A stretch of 64,000 nt of DNA from the NCBI RefSeq assembly GCF_018977255.1, contig NW_024704742.1:130078001-130142000 (forward strand). Direction: 5' to 3'. Of this stretch, positions 1-11,879 are shown in pieces. The translations under genes and the position numbers were made by a program. Below the pieces are notes generated by a model, which saw only the letters and a program-made list of their open reading frames with translations, made no database searches and had not been told where the DNA came from. Numbering within the stretch: the stretch's first letter is position 1; every line of letters begins with the position of its first letter. This DNA comes from Callorhinchus milii (Eukaryota).

Positions 1-480
1 TGCATTGAGGCAGGCTCTTGGCTTTAAAATTAGCACTTCTGCAGGAACTGAAATCCATACTTTTTTTTTTTACAAGCTGCCTTTCACAAGACATCCTGTC
101 CAGAGTTTTAAGAACGTGCATTCTCCTGTAAAACCATTACTGCAAGGAAATGATGATGGCCATTTACACAGAATGAGGGGTTAGATGACATCACCAGCCG
201 TGAGCATGAGGTTTGAAGTTATTTATATCTCGATCTGAAGACACAAATAGCCTTCGGAACATCTTTGCCATTATGTGTAAACCACATACATTTCTACTTT
301 AACTTAGTACTTGTACATACATGACCTTGCTTTTGGCCACATTTATTTTCTCACACCTCCCCTCCTTTCCCCACACTCAGTTCAGGCTCCCAGTCATTTG
401 TGTGAAGGGCTTTGCGATGTCCATCTAATGTGAAAGATACTGTATCAATATAAATTGCTGCTGTTATATACAAATGTTCA

Positions 481-602
481 AATAATACTACTAATAATAA
501 CAATCCTTGCATTTGATATAGCGCCTTATCACGTCTTCGAGACGTCTCAAAGCGCTTCACAGTGTACACTATATTGAATTGACTGTATGTTTTGTGGATG
601 AA
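481..602 (-). mobile_element. Old SINE 3' tail fragment (similar fragments at about 6712-6826, 22688-22810, 45255-45445, 54050-54193)
   Basis: GCGCTTTGAGACGTCTCGAAGACGTGATAAGGCGCTATATCAAATGCAAGG on the minus strand. Confidence 0.8.
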
Positions 603-735
603 AATATATAAGGAGAAAAAAAACTTTTCCTTTACACAGAATTTCAATCTTTTCCATCTACTTCTAATCATCTTTATACATGTGTGTATCTACCTATAAT
701 ATGCCAGGAAATTTTAATAGCCAACAATGTGGCTT

Positions 736-3027
736 AACCTCAGCCCCTGAAGAGCACGCCAACTGCACCACTGGGACACTTCCATTTCCCAAACCAGTTA
801 TCCCCGTGGCCTTTCCTAACTAGTCTGACAGTTAACAGCAACTGGTGCCAGATTACAACAGTAGCACATTTTGGACTCATACTCATAGGGAAATGAATTT
901 AGATGGTCGAAACCCATTCATTTAGGACCTTTCCTGCCAGTGGAAAAAGAGAAACTCGTTCTGAGTAAGTTATCATTAACTACTGCCCCATCTACAATCT
1001 TCCTTTCCGAGGTTCTTGAAAGAGTTGTTGCTTCCCAGCTTCACTCCTTCCTCTCCTGCCACTCTCTTTACGAACCCCTCCAATCGGGTTTCTGTGCTGC
1101 CCACAGTAAGGTGATAAATGACATTCTGTGACAAGGGCTCCCTCTGTCTCCTTGTCCTCCTCAACCTTTCTGCTGCCTTTGACACTGTGGACTACTCTAT
1201 CCTCCTCCACCACCTCTCCTCTCACCTTAATCTTCAGGGTTCTGTCGTCGAATGGTTCAGATCCTATCACTCGCACCAGCTCCACTTTGTATCCACAAAT
1301 GGCTTCTCCGCCAGCTCCTGCACTGTCTTGTGCAGTGTTCCTCAGGGCTCTGTCCTCGGTCCTCTCCTCTTCAACTTGTACATGCTCCCTCTTGGTGATA
1401 TCAACCACAGCCACGGGGTCAACTTCCCCATGTATGCGGATGACATCTAACTCTATTTCTCGGCCTCCAACTCAATCACAGGACCACTGATGTCCTGACA
1501 GAATGTTTGTTAGACATCAAGTCCTGGATGAGAGCCAACTTTCTACAGTTGAACGTCAGCAAGACCGAGACTCTCCTGATTGGTTTCTGGCAGCGCCTCT
1601 GCACCTTAAGCACTGGCAGTATCAGCATACAAGGATGCACACTCCACCTTCCCAAGCCAGTCAGGAACCTAGGTATCTTGTTCGACCGTCCTTTCTTCCC
1701 CACATCCATGCCATGACCCGCTCTGCCTTCCCCTACCTTTACAATATTGCCCGACTCCGCCACTGCCTCACCCCCCCAGGCTGCCAAAATCCTCATACAT
1801 GCCTTTATTACAACCAGGCTTGACTGTGCCGATGCCCTGTCCATCAGCCTTCCCATCTCTTCCCTCCACAAGCTGCAGATCATTCAGAACTCTGCAGCTC
1901 GTTTCCTCTCCTGCACCAGGCTCCGTGACCCTGTCACCCCCAGCCTCACTCGGCTCCACTGGCTCCCCATCCCTCAGAGAACTGAGTTGAAAATTCTCGT
2001 CCACCAGCAAGGCTCTCCATGGCCTTGCCCACTTCCTACCTCCCCGACCTGCTAACCCCCTGATCAACCTGTTCGCTCCCTCCACTCAGCAAGTCCAAGC
2101 CTGCTCTACGACCCCCGTCCGTCCCTCCCTATCATTGGCGGTCCGGCCTTCAGCACCTCTGAAACTCCATCCCACATTCCGTTCGGTTCGCTCCCTCCTC
2201 CCTTATCTCCTTCAAGGCACACCTCAAGACCCTCCTCTTCGACCAAGCGTTCGGCCACCCTCCTATTGTAATTTTGTATTGTATTGTTATAAGACTAAAG
2301 AGTAACTGTTCCAACCTTCAGTGGGATCCCACGTTCCTTCTCACAAGTTCCATGCGTCAGAAAATATTTCTGCCAGTGAGTCAGTTTGGTGAGTCAGTGA
2401 GGAGGGCATCAATTTAAAACACAGTTAGCAAATGCAGAGATTAGTTTTCATGCACAGAGGAGTTAGGATATCGAATGAATGCCCTGCTGGTAGTGGTGTT
2501 TGAGGCAGAATCCACCTGGCTTTCAAAAGTCCTGCAAGTCAGTTTGGCTCAATTAATAGCTCTCAACTCCCTGGGAGTCAATTCAAGACTCGATCATATC
2601 AGGACCTGAGCTCATTATCTATGAATGACATTCAGGTGGACAAATAAAGGAATCCTACATTGTTAGAGGTGCTGCCCTTTGGATGAGACATTAATTGAGA
2701 GACTTCACCGGCCTATTCTGGTGAGTCAGGTGAATGTTGAAGTTCAGCAACACTCTTTTGGGCAATGTGTTCATCCAAATACAGTGCATGAAAAGAGAAT
2801 TAAGAGATGAGGCCAGCGCTGGTGGAAAGTTGCTGCTCCATTTACCCACATAATCGCCATACACGTCAAAGTAACTATTTGTGAACTCATTCCAATCTTG
2901 ACACCAAACCACAAGATTTATTAGCTGTTAACTGTCAGAATAATTAGGAAAGGCCATGAGGATAACTGGTTTGGGAAATGGAAATGTCCCAGTGGTGCAG
3001 ATGGAGTGCCTTCCTGGGACTGAGGTT
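736..3027. repeat. Inverted repeat pair, 736-839 and 2924-3027
   Basis: CTGCACCACTGGGACA(C)TTCCATTTCCCAAACCAGTTATCC..GGCCTTTCCTAA..TCTGACAGTTAACAGC occurs on opposite strands. Confidence 0.9.
979..2265 (+). mobile_element. L2-clade LINE fragment: decayed ORF2 reverse transcriptase to near the 3' end
   Basis: Frameshifted translations give LSEVLERVVASQL..EPLQSGF, LVLLNLSAAFDTVD, VPQGSVLGPLLFNLYM, MYADD, WMRANFLQLNVSKTE, ILIHAFITTRLD, LHWLP, all typical of L2 ORF2. Multiple stops and frameshifts. Confidence 0.92.
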
Positions 3028-3329
3028 CACTTATTAAAGTTATCAATAAATGATACATCAGTCATTGAAAGGTAATCCGTACAATGACTTAGAGAGATAA
3101 ACATCTTAAAATGAGACTTAAATTAATATTTTAATAAAAATCTATGGGCTTTTTTTTTTAACGGTTATGTTACCAGCTTATTCACTTCAATGTAGAGTAT
3201 AAATTCTTCCACCTTGACTCATTGCTTTGTGCTTTCCTGCAGAGAATCAAACCATCCTGGAAAAAATTACACAGCAGCACTGGAAAGAGAAATAAGAGTC
3301 TCAAACTGATTTTAAAACCAATATAACCT

Positions 3330-3510
3330 ACTGCTCGGTGTGAAACTGAGCCATGCAGAACTGGAAAGCTTCAGTCTGAATTATGATCATCGCTGGGTTA
3401 GCTGAAATAAGCTAGAGTGATAAAGGGTCATTGCATGCGACTCCAGTATGTCCAGAACAAGGGGTGGAAACAATTAAAGGGTCTTAATCACTAACGTTTG
3501 AATCCGCCTG
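3330..3510 (+). mobile_element. LF-SINE-like ancient fragment (a further piece at about 6970-7130, minus strand)
   Basis: ACTGAGCCATGCAGAACTGGAAAG..GCTGGGTTAGCTGA here, and GGATTCCTGCTCCTGATCACAATCCAG (minus, 7090-7120), resemble the LF-SINE consensus from memory. Highly degenerate. Confidence 0.4.
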
Positions 3511-3535
3511 CCAAGTAATAATTATCTTTTTGATA

Positions 3536-3852
3536 TAATAATACAAATAATGATTCTTGCATTTGATATTAGCGCCTTCGTCTTCAAGACATCTCAAAGC
3601 GCTTCACAGAATATACTATAAAGTGAATTGACTATATGGGCCAAACGCAGCTGTGAATTGTGCACAACAGTGTTCCACAAACAGTCATGGATTGAGTGAC
3701 CTTTTTTTGGTGAATTATTACCCCCGGAAAAGCGATCCAACAATCGACTAACAACCGGGTTCCTAATTATTGCTAGGTACATAGAGTCGAGTGGAGTAAG
3801 GAAACTTGCCCAATGTTTCGCCCTGCCGACAATCAAACCCAGGGCTCTCGCA
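3536..3852 (-). mobile_element. tRNA-derived SINE, old long subfamily; 5' head lost at the junction with a young copy
   Basis: Contains the extra internal block ..GTACCTAGCAATAATTAGGAACCCGGTTGTTAGTCGATTGTTGGATCGCTTTTCCGGGGG. Confidence 0.85.
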
Positions 3853-4182
3853 TAATAATAATAATAATAATAATAATCCTTGCATTTGATATAGCGCTTT
3901 TCACGTCGGGAGGACGTCCCAAAGCGCTTCACAGAACACACTGTAAAGTGAATTGACTGTGTATATTTGTGGGCGAACGCGGCAGCCAATTGCGCACAGC
4001 AATGTCCCACAAACAGTCGTAGATTGAAAATGACCAATTTATTATTGTTTTGGGTTTTTTGGAGGGATTATTATTAGGCGTGTGGAGTAAGGAAACTTGC
4101 CCAAGGTTTCACCCTGCCTGGAATTGAACTCAGGTCTCTCGCTTGCAAAGCGAGCGCTCTAACCACTGAGCTACAGGACTCC
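3853..4182 (-). mobile_element. tRNA-Ala-derived SINE, young short subfamily
   Basis: Full copy: A/B-box head GGAGTCCTGTAGCTCAGTGGTTAGAGC..CTTTGCAAG..GAGTTCAATTCC, body, CTCCC-loop hairpin, (TTA)n tail. Confidence 0.92.
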
Positions 4183-4786
4183 CCAGAGTGTCTCATCAGT
4201 TCAGCAAGATGTGGCAAAGCACTTCACAAGCGCTACACTGTGAAGTGTAGTGACTGTGTATTGGTAGGCGAACATGGCAGCTAATTTGTGCACAGCAATG
4301 TCACACAAAGTATTTGGATGGTCAGGCAAGAATAAGAACAGACTTAGCGTCGTTTTTCACATATAAAATCTTATTTACCTCTGCCAGATCCTCTCTGAAA
4401 CATGCCTATTCTAAGCTGAAGAGCTCTGGAACAGGCCTTCAGAAAAGGCAGCTGTATCATGTGGCGGACACCAGAGCCGTACACTGTGCAAAGACCTGTC
4501 CAGCTTGAGTTTGACTTCTTGGGATCGGAACTCAACTAATTGGCAGTTAAGACGAGCATCCTGCTTGTCTTGGTTTTTGCTGCCTCACAGTAATGAGCCA
4601 CTCAAGATAACAACAGGACTTACATTTGGTATAGCATCTTTCATACCAGGAGGATGTCCCAAACTGCTTCTCAGGATATACTGAGAAGTGCAGTGACTGT
4701 GTGTTTTGTGGGTAAACACTGGATAAGTTCTATCCCATCTCTGGATTACAGGCGTTTCCTATTTTTATTTCCTATACGCAATACCT

Positions 4787-5099
4787 TGGAGTCCTGTAGC
4801 TCAGTGGTTAGAGCACTCGCCTCTCAAGCGAGAGACCTGGGTTCGATTCCCAGCAGGGTGAAACTCTGGGCAAATTTCCTTACTCCAAACGTCTAATAAT
4901 AATCCCTCAAGAAAAAAATAATAAATTGGTCACTTCAATCCACGACTGTTTGTGGGACACTGCTGTGCGCAATTGGCTGCCGCGTTTCGCCCACAAATAT
5001 ACAGTCAATTAATTTTACAGTCCATTCTGTGAAGCGCTTTGAGACGTCTAGAAGACGTGAAAAGCACTATATCAAATGCAAGGATTATTATTATTATTA
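4787..5099 (+). mobile_element. tRNA-derived SINE, intermediate subfamily (short body, old-type head, TAGAA loop)
   Basis: Head CTCGCCTCTCAAGCGAG..CTGGGTTCGATTCCCAG; tail GAGACGTCTAGAAGACGTG. Confidence 0.88.
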
Positions 5100-6129
5100 C
5101 CTTGCATTTACCAATATTCAACTTCGATCATCATTTGCCAGTTTCTGCCCACATGCATAGCTGATCTTTCACCTTTTCTTTGTAAGACCTTTGCTGTCTC
5201 TTTAGATTTTACAAAAAGTCCCCGCAAAAAGTGGTGTCATCTACAAATTCTGCTTCCTTGTATGGGGTCAGAGACATCAGCTCGTTTGAATGTCACCATT
5301 TTGTAAATCATTTAAGAGTTCAAATTAAACAACAGCCCCTACAAAGACATTGGTCAATCTCACCTTCAAATGCAAGTGCCTGGTTCCTGCTGAGTAGTTG
5401 TTAAGCAACTTCATTTGAAAGAATTCCTGGATTAGGAGGCTGCTCTATTCTCACTCTGCAAACAGGCTCACAAGCGTGGAGGCGAATTTTAAGGGACTTC
5501 TTTATGTACTACTCAAGGAGTCCTATGCCATCTGTGTCCGTGGCAACCTCTTGAATACCAGAATTGTTCTGATACAAACAGCTTTTTCAGTGGCGTTACA
5601 CATTTGAAATTCATTAGACACCGACGTGTGGCATTAGTTATCGAGCAGGACAGAGTGAATAAGAGCTTCAAACCTTGAATAAATTAAACAAGTGGCTCTC
5701 TATTGGAGGCAATTACAGCAAGTACTTTACTACATGATCTATACTGCTCAGAATCACAATTTAAAGAGACAAAACATCTGTACCAATGAGAAGCATTAAC
5801 CAGGAAACCTATTTGGCGAGACACAGAAATTCCCATTGTGACTGGTCACCCTCCGTAAAACAAAGCAAAGATTTAAGATTTAAAAATATTGACACAGCCC
5901 TGCAGAAAAATAAAATTGAAAGTTTGTGTGATAGAAGACCCCGCAAATTGTAACCTTTTTTTAAACTGGTTAAGCGGAGGCTACATTTGGTCTTGTCTCT
6001 GAAGATTGATTTTGAAAGTTAACGTGGAGGAAATGGCTGTGGTTAAATGCAATGTTGCTTAATTACCCAAGCAGAAGAATCATTTATTTTGTCTAACAAT
6101 TATCTTTCGTTCATTTTCCCTGATAGTGG

Positions 6130-6277
6130 AAATCTGGAGCTCTCTCCCCCAAAAGTCTATGGATGCTGGATCAATTGGATTTTTCATCACTGAAGTGGAT
6201 AGATTTTTGTTAGGTAAGGGTATCAAGGGATGTGGAGCAAAGGCGGGTAAATGGAGTTGAGGTACAAATCAGCCATG

Positions 6278-6324
<47 letters not shown>

Positions 6325-6666
6325 CCTTGCATTTGATATAGCGCTTTTCATGTCGGGAGGACGTCCCAAAGCGCTTCACAGAATATACTGTAAAGTGAAT
6401 TGACTGTATATTTGTGGGCGAACGCGGCAGCCAATTGCGCACAGCAATGTCCCACAAACAGTCGTAGATTGAAAATGACCAATTTATTATTGATTTTGGT
6501 TTTGGAGGGATTATTATTAGGCTCTGTGTGGAGTAAGGAAACTTGCCCAAGATTTCGCCCTCACCTGGAATTGAACTCAGGTCTCACGTTTGCAAAACGA
6601 GTGCTCTAACCACTGAGCTACAGGACTCCACAAAGGGCTGAATGGCCTACTCTGGTTCCTATGTTC
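6130..6666 (+). mobile_element. CR1-type LINE 3' end, interrupted by a SINE at 6279-6631
   Basis: TGGAGCTCTCTCCCCCAAAAG...GATAGATTTTTG...GAGTTGAGGTACAAATCAGCCATGAT / AAGGGCTGAATGGCCTACTCTGGTTCCTATGTTC. Same family as 42071-42575. Confidence 0.75.
6279..6631 (-). mobile_element. tRNA-Ala-derived SINE, young short subfamily, long (TTA)n tail of about 15 units
   Basis: Near-identical to the other young copies; sits inside a CR1 3' end. Confidence 0.92.
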
Positions 6667-6769
6667 TGTTCAATTAGAAAGAGAGCTCCAAAATAAGTTT
6701 TCAGAAAATGAATAACAACCCTTGCATTTGGTATAGTGCCTTATTACGTCATTGAGACATCTCAAAGCA

Positions 6770-8766
6770 CTTCACAGGATATATTGTAAAGTGGATTGAC
6801 TATTTTGTGGGCAAATCGCGGCAGCTATACACGCCAGTTATACATGGTTATGCGTTTATACTCCTCTCTCTCCTACAATGAATGTACACTACTCCATCTC
6901 CATTGTCTTATATCACGACAGCACACAGGAATAACATTAGGAAAACATATACTTCTACAGATGGCTGATGTCGTATGTGTGTGAGCACATACAGCGATTG
7001 GCAGAAGGTTATTTGACCTTAAAGTGAGGGATAAAAATAAAAATTAAGCTCGACCCTGTCCTCACCCACATCCGTACAGATGTATTTTCCTGGATTGTGA
7101 TCAGGAGCAGGAATCCTAGTCCATTTTCTAGGTTACCCGATAGTTAAGTGCCTACATTGCCTGTTGCACATTTATTAGAGCTCCATTTATCCAAAGTTTT
7201 CTGATCTGTTAAAGAGATGGATATGTGATGAGTTCATTAGTCACATTTAAGAAAAACAAGCACCCAATTTCAGAAAGCTGTGATAATGTGGCCTTTTAAT
7301 GACTCCCACACGATGCAATGCAAGGCAGGATATTATTTTTACAGTTGTTCAAAGTTCACGACTTCCAACAAACTTTTGTTGAACTAAGACTTACTTAAAA
7401 TCCTACTTGTTCAACCAATTAAAGGGGAAATGAAATTGAGATGAAGAACTTTTTATTCAAGTACTCTGACTAGGAATGGAGAAAATAAAATTCTCTACAG
7501 CGATTTAATGTGCCACTAATCATCCTCACGCTGGTTTGGAGTTGCCTCACTTGTATCAGAGATCACTGAGTACAGGACTAAGTATTTGAGTTTCACTCAC
7601 TTTTTAGGAAAGCCTGAAACACAATTGGTCTTCATAGCTTCCTGTGGGACATTGTTGTTCGCAGATTGCCTGGCCGTTACCCTACAAATACACAGTCACT
7701 ACGCTTTACAGCAAATTGTTGTGAAGTACTTCAACGAAGTGAGAAGGCATCATGTGAAATGCAAGGACTAATAAGTTATGCAGGTGTTATTTTCCTTCTA
7801 ATTCTGGTCGGAGTATCTTGAATGAAACGCACTCCTTATTGACTTTACGTCCCCTTTAAGTGAGCTTTTCAAGTGCAGTATATTATGAACTTTGGAATTC
7901 CTTTATTCAGAGGTTTGGCACGAGTTCAAACTTCAGGTGCTGCTCAATCTTTTTCATTGTGGACAGGTCGGAAATCAATACAAACAAATTCAGCAAAACC
8001 AGATGCTTTGGTCCCACGGACTACATACATTGGGTTTAAACAACAACAACATTATATTTGTATAGCGCCTTTCACGTGGGGAGGACGTCCCAAAGCGCTG
8101 GACAATCACTGTTTCGGACCCGAGCTGGGGGTTGGGATTGGGTTGGGAGGTTGGAGGGCAGGGGGAGAAGGAAGGAGGCTGAACGAAGGCACGATCGAAG
8201 AGGAGTGCCTTGAGGTGGTGCGGGGGCTAGAGGAGAAACAATTTGCGGAGATGAAGTGGAGGAGGTGCGAGAGGTAGGATCTGAAACTTTCAAGGACAGA
8301 ACCATGAAGGTTAAGGTGGGAGGAGAGACGGTGGAGGAGGATAGAGTGGTCAACGGTATCGAAGTAAGTCTTAGTTCAACAGTTTGTTGGAAGTCGTGAG
8401 CTTTGAACAACTGTACAAATAATATCCTGTCTTGCATTGCATCGTCTGGGAGTCATTAAAAGGCCAATTATCACAGCTTTCTGAAATTGGGTGCTCGTTT
8501 TTCTTAAATGTGACTAATGAACTCGTCACATATCCATCTCTTTAATAGAGCAGAGAACGTTGCATAAATGGAGCTCTAATAAATGTGCAACAGGCAATGT
8601 AGGCACTTAACTGTTGGGTACAGGGGGCACTGTAGAAAATGGTGATGGAGATGGAGTAGTGTATATTCTCTTGTGGGAGAGAGAGGAGTATGACTGCATA
8701 ACAATGTATAACTGGCTGCCGCGATTTGCCCAAGAATCAATCCACTTTACAGTATATCCTGTGAAG
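6770..8766. repeat. Inverted duplication: 6770-6903 and 7134-7396 repeated in reverse at 8645-8766 and 8362-8620
   Basis: Direct base-by-base comparison; about 16 differences over the 263-nt block. Confidence 0.93.
8041..8364 (-). mobile_element. L2 LINE 3' end with (TTG)n tail, fused by internal deletion to an RT-region piece
   Basis: Minus strand ends GTCCAGCGCTTTGGGACGTCCTCCCACGTGAAAGGCGCTATACAAATATAATGTTGTTGTTG. Positions 8217-8364 match the FDTVDHSILL region of the 979-2265 copy. Confidence 0.85.
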
Positions 8767-9090
8767 AGATAAAGGAGGAGAAGGAGGCAGAGGGAGCCAC
8801 CAAAAGAGGGTTTTGAGACGTGCCTTGAAGGAGGCAAGGGAGGGGGCAAAGCAAAGAAAATGTGAGATGGAGTTCCAAACCAGGAGAGGCTGAAGGCTGG
8901 TCGATGGTGGAGCGGGCTCAGCGGGCGATGTTGAGCAGACCACAGCCTGCTGAACAGAGGGAGCGGACAGGTTGATATGGTGTCAGCAGGTCACAGAGGT
9001 AGGAAGGAGCAAGGCCATGGAGGGCCTTGAAAGCGAGGATTTTGCACTCTATCCTCTGGGGGAATGGGTGTCATTGGAGCCGGGCGAGGG
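8767..9090 (-). mobile_element. L2 LINE ORF2 C-terminal fragment
   Basis: Minus translation includes WNSISHFLCFAPSLASFKARLKTLFW; similar to 1940-2250. Confidence 0.75.
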
Positions 9091-9099
9091 ATATGCTGA

Positions 9100-9720
9100 G
9101 ACTATATTTGTAGGTACACAGCATGTCCCACAAACAGCCATGAAGTAGATGACCAATTTTATCTGGAGGACGATTGACCAGGACATCTGGAGAAACTCCC
9201 TTCTCTTTTTGAATAGTGACACAAGATGTTTAATAGTGACCCTCCATTCAACGTGGAGTCCTGTAGCTCAGTGGTTAGAGCACTGGCTTTGCAAGCGAGA
9301 GACCTGAGTTCAATTCCAGGCAGGGCGAAACCTTGGGCAAGTTTCCTTACTCCACACAGAGCCTAATAATAATTCCTCCAAAACCAAAAACAATAATAAA
9401 TTGATCATTTTCAATCTACGACTGTTTGTGGGACATTGCTGTGCGCAATTGGCTGCCGCGTTCGCCCACAAATATACAGTCAATTCACTTTACAGTGTGT
9501 TCTATGAAGCGCTTTGGGACGTCCTCCCGACGTGAAAAGCGCTATATCAAATGCAAGGATTATTATTATTATAACATCTCATACAAAAGACATCAGACAA
9601 TTCAATGCTGCCCACAAAACTGCATTGGAGTGTCAGCCTGGACTGCGAGTCCCAACAAAAGACTTGAGTGTTTGCCGACTGAGGCAAGCTGACAACTAAC
9701 AAACATATAGCCAAGTGTAA
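9100..9720 (-). mobile_element. Ancient Deu-domain SINE interrupted by the young SINE at 9253-9571
   Basis: CCAGGACATCTGGAGAAACTCCC..GAATAGTG before the insertion and TAACATCTCATACAAAAGAC..TGCATTGGAGTGTCAGCCTGGA after it. Confidence 0.65.
9253..9571 (+). mobile_element. tRNA-Ala-derived SINE, young short subfamily
   Basis: Full copy, inserted in a minus-strand Deu-SINE. Confidence 0.92.
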
Positions 9721-11702
9721 CCGCAGCAAATTAAAGAAATATTTTCAAACATGCATCACAAAGAGGGAGAGAAGAAACCAACAATGAATCGAATTAAAAC
9801 TATTTAAAGAAAGAATAAATCGTTTGGGTTTATGTGCAGAACCAGAAAATAAAAGTCCATCCTCCGCAATGTCAACCGTTTTTAAACGCGACATCAAAGT
9901 AAAACTTGTCTTGGCATTTCATCGTGACACGCACTGCTGGCAAGATCAAATATCCAAAGAGAAAATAGGCGACAGTAAACAAAATGAAGCAAAGCAAACC
10001 AATAAGACAAACTCCAGATGCAAGGAAGAGACTGCTGGCTCAAATTAATAATTTTCTCATTTCCTGAAGAAAGATTAGACCTTCCAGAATATGATTTATG
10101 AAGCATTCAACTTCAATTTAATAGATCATTCCTCCAATGGAAATAATACAAGCCAACAATATCATTGTATCAACACTGAAAGTTCGGAGGGAAATAGAAA
10201 GCCGAAATTATTTGAGACAATCAAGGGAGGAAAGTGATTCTGCAGAGTTTGCAAATTTATAGTGCTCACATTTCACTTTTGTCACATTTATGTATTAAGT
10301 GAATTACATACAACAAGGCTCCTCAAATGTCTGCTTACCCAGAAAACGCACAGTCACTACACTTTACAGTATATCCTGTGAAGTGCTTTGGAACAACCTC
10401 CTGAAGTGAAAGAAGCTACACCAAATGTAAGGATTATTATTACTACAACACTAGCCTGAAGTCAATGTAAGCAAACTTGAAATACTGAGATAGGATTGTT
10501 CTTTTTCACTACACCACAAACAGTTGCCTCAATAACAAGGTCCATTGTAGCCGCCAAACAAAAATGTCATTCCTCAAAAGAGATACCAAAACTCGAAGCA
10601 AAATATCCTCTTTGTTGCCAGGCATTCCAGAGGGAATCTCATCTTCTAATTTGATCCAATTTTCTTAGCAATCTAATCAGTATCAAAAGCTATCAATTCA
10701 CTAAATTATACATTACTGTCTCTCCCTCCCAACATGGTTCGGTCAACCAAATGGAACAAAGGTAAAGCCACAAGTTGGTGAAGGTTTACCTAACCAAACC
10801 ACAGTACTGGATTTCTTAAACAAAACAGTCAGATGATAGGAGGACAATATTATTGCCCCGAAAAATAAAAGTAAAAGCCAACTGCACTCAGCATTGCTAA
10901 CCTCAAAAAACATTTTAATGCTGCACTAATTCTCCAAATGAGGTGACCTTGATGAGATCAAGTTGGGAAAGAACTGGAGACCGTCAACATTAGCAATTCT
11001 AACTCTGAATGCGATTTATATTGCGTGTTTCACATCAGGAGGACATCCCATGCACTTAATACTGGCTTAGCATGCGAGGTGGTGCTGGGAGTCATTATAT
11101 ATAACAAGGTACAGCTACTATACTACTGTATAAAGCATTCTGTAGAGTGTACTATACATCTATATGCAGAAGGTTATTATAGTGAATGCTAAATCTACTG
11201 TATTAATATTCCCTACTTTTCTCATGTTCTCTTTTCCTCACATTCCCTCCCCCCACAATAGAATCATAACTTTACAATAAATTCAATTTAAAATCCACAT
11301 TTTTTTCCTTTTGGGAGAGGGGAGGGAAGGGGGGGGGAAGAAAGGAAGAAAAAAGGTTACATTCTTGAAATGGCTTTGACATCCTGAGTAACTCGGTTTC
11401 ACATGATTTATGACTATCAAATAGGTAATTTAATTTATCCGCTGCAAGAGTAAATGTTAACTAAGAAACTGCAGATGGGACTCTAAAGAAATGTTTACTA
11501 GAATCATAAGCAGATACTGCAAGTCAGGGAATGAGCTGCTGTTATCTGGAGTATCAATGCAATGTTACAAAATACAAGTGTTACATTCCAAAAATATGGA
11601 CAAAAAGTAGCATTAAGAAACAGGTCAATAAGCACAACAGGTCATTCACATACATCAGAACACTGTAACAAGGATTGCCATTGGAGCAATCTGCAGCCTT
11701 AC

Positions 11703-11803
11703 CTGAAGGGAACAAACTTTGCTCGGAGTGAGTTTCCCCCCCTTCCTGTCAACTCTGAGTCTTTTTGGTCAAGAATTGAGTCAGATCTCTCCAGCTGCAG
11801 CAC
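11703..11803 (-). other. Candidate internal exon (101 nt, probably 5' UTR) of the same minus-strand gene
   Basis: Minus strand: cgTTAATgtattattgttttccaatttgttcag|GTGCTGCAGC...GTTCCCTTCAG|gtaagg. Branch-point-like TTAAT, no AG in the ~45 nt before the acceptor, strong CAG|GTAAG donor, no ATG inside, not part of a recognisable repeat. Confidence 0.55.
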
Positions 11804-11879
11804 CTGAACAAATTGGAAAACAATAATACATTAACGTTGGAAAGACGCACTAAAACTTCCGATTTCTTCACAAAGCATT

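Noticed and set aside
940..2085. Functional reverse transcriptase gene, retron or domesticated RT
   Set aside because: The RT motifs are spread over several frames with stops (for example YADDI*). This is an ordinary decayed L2 copy.
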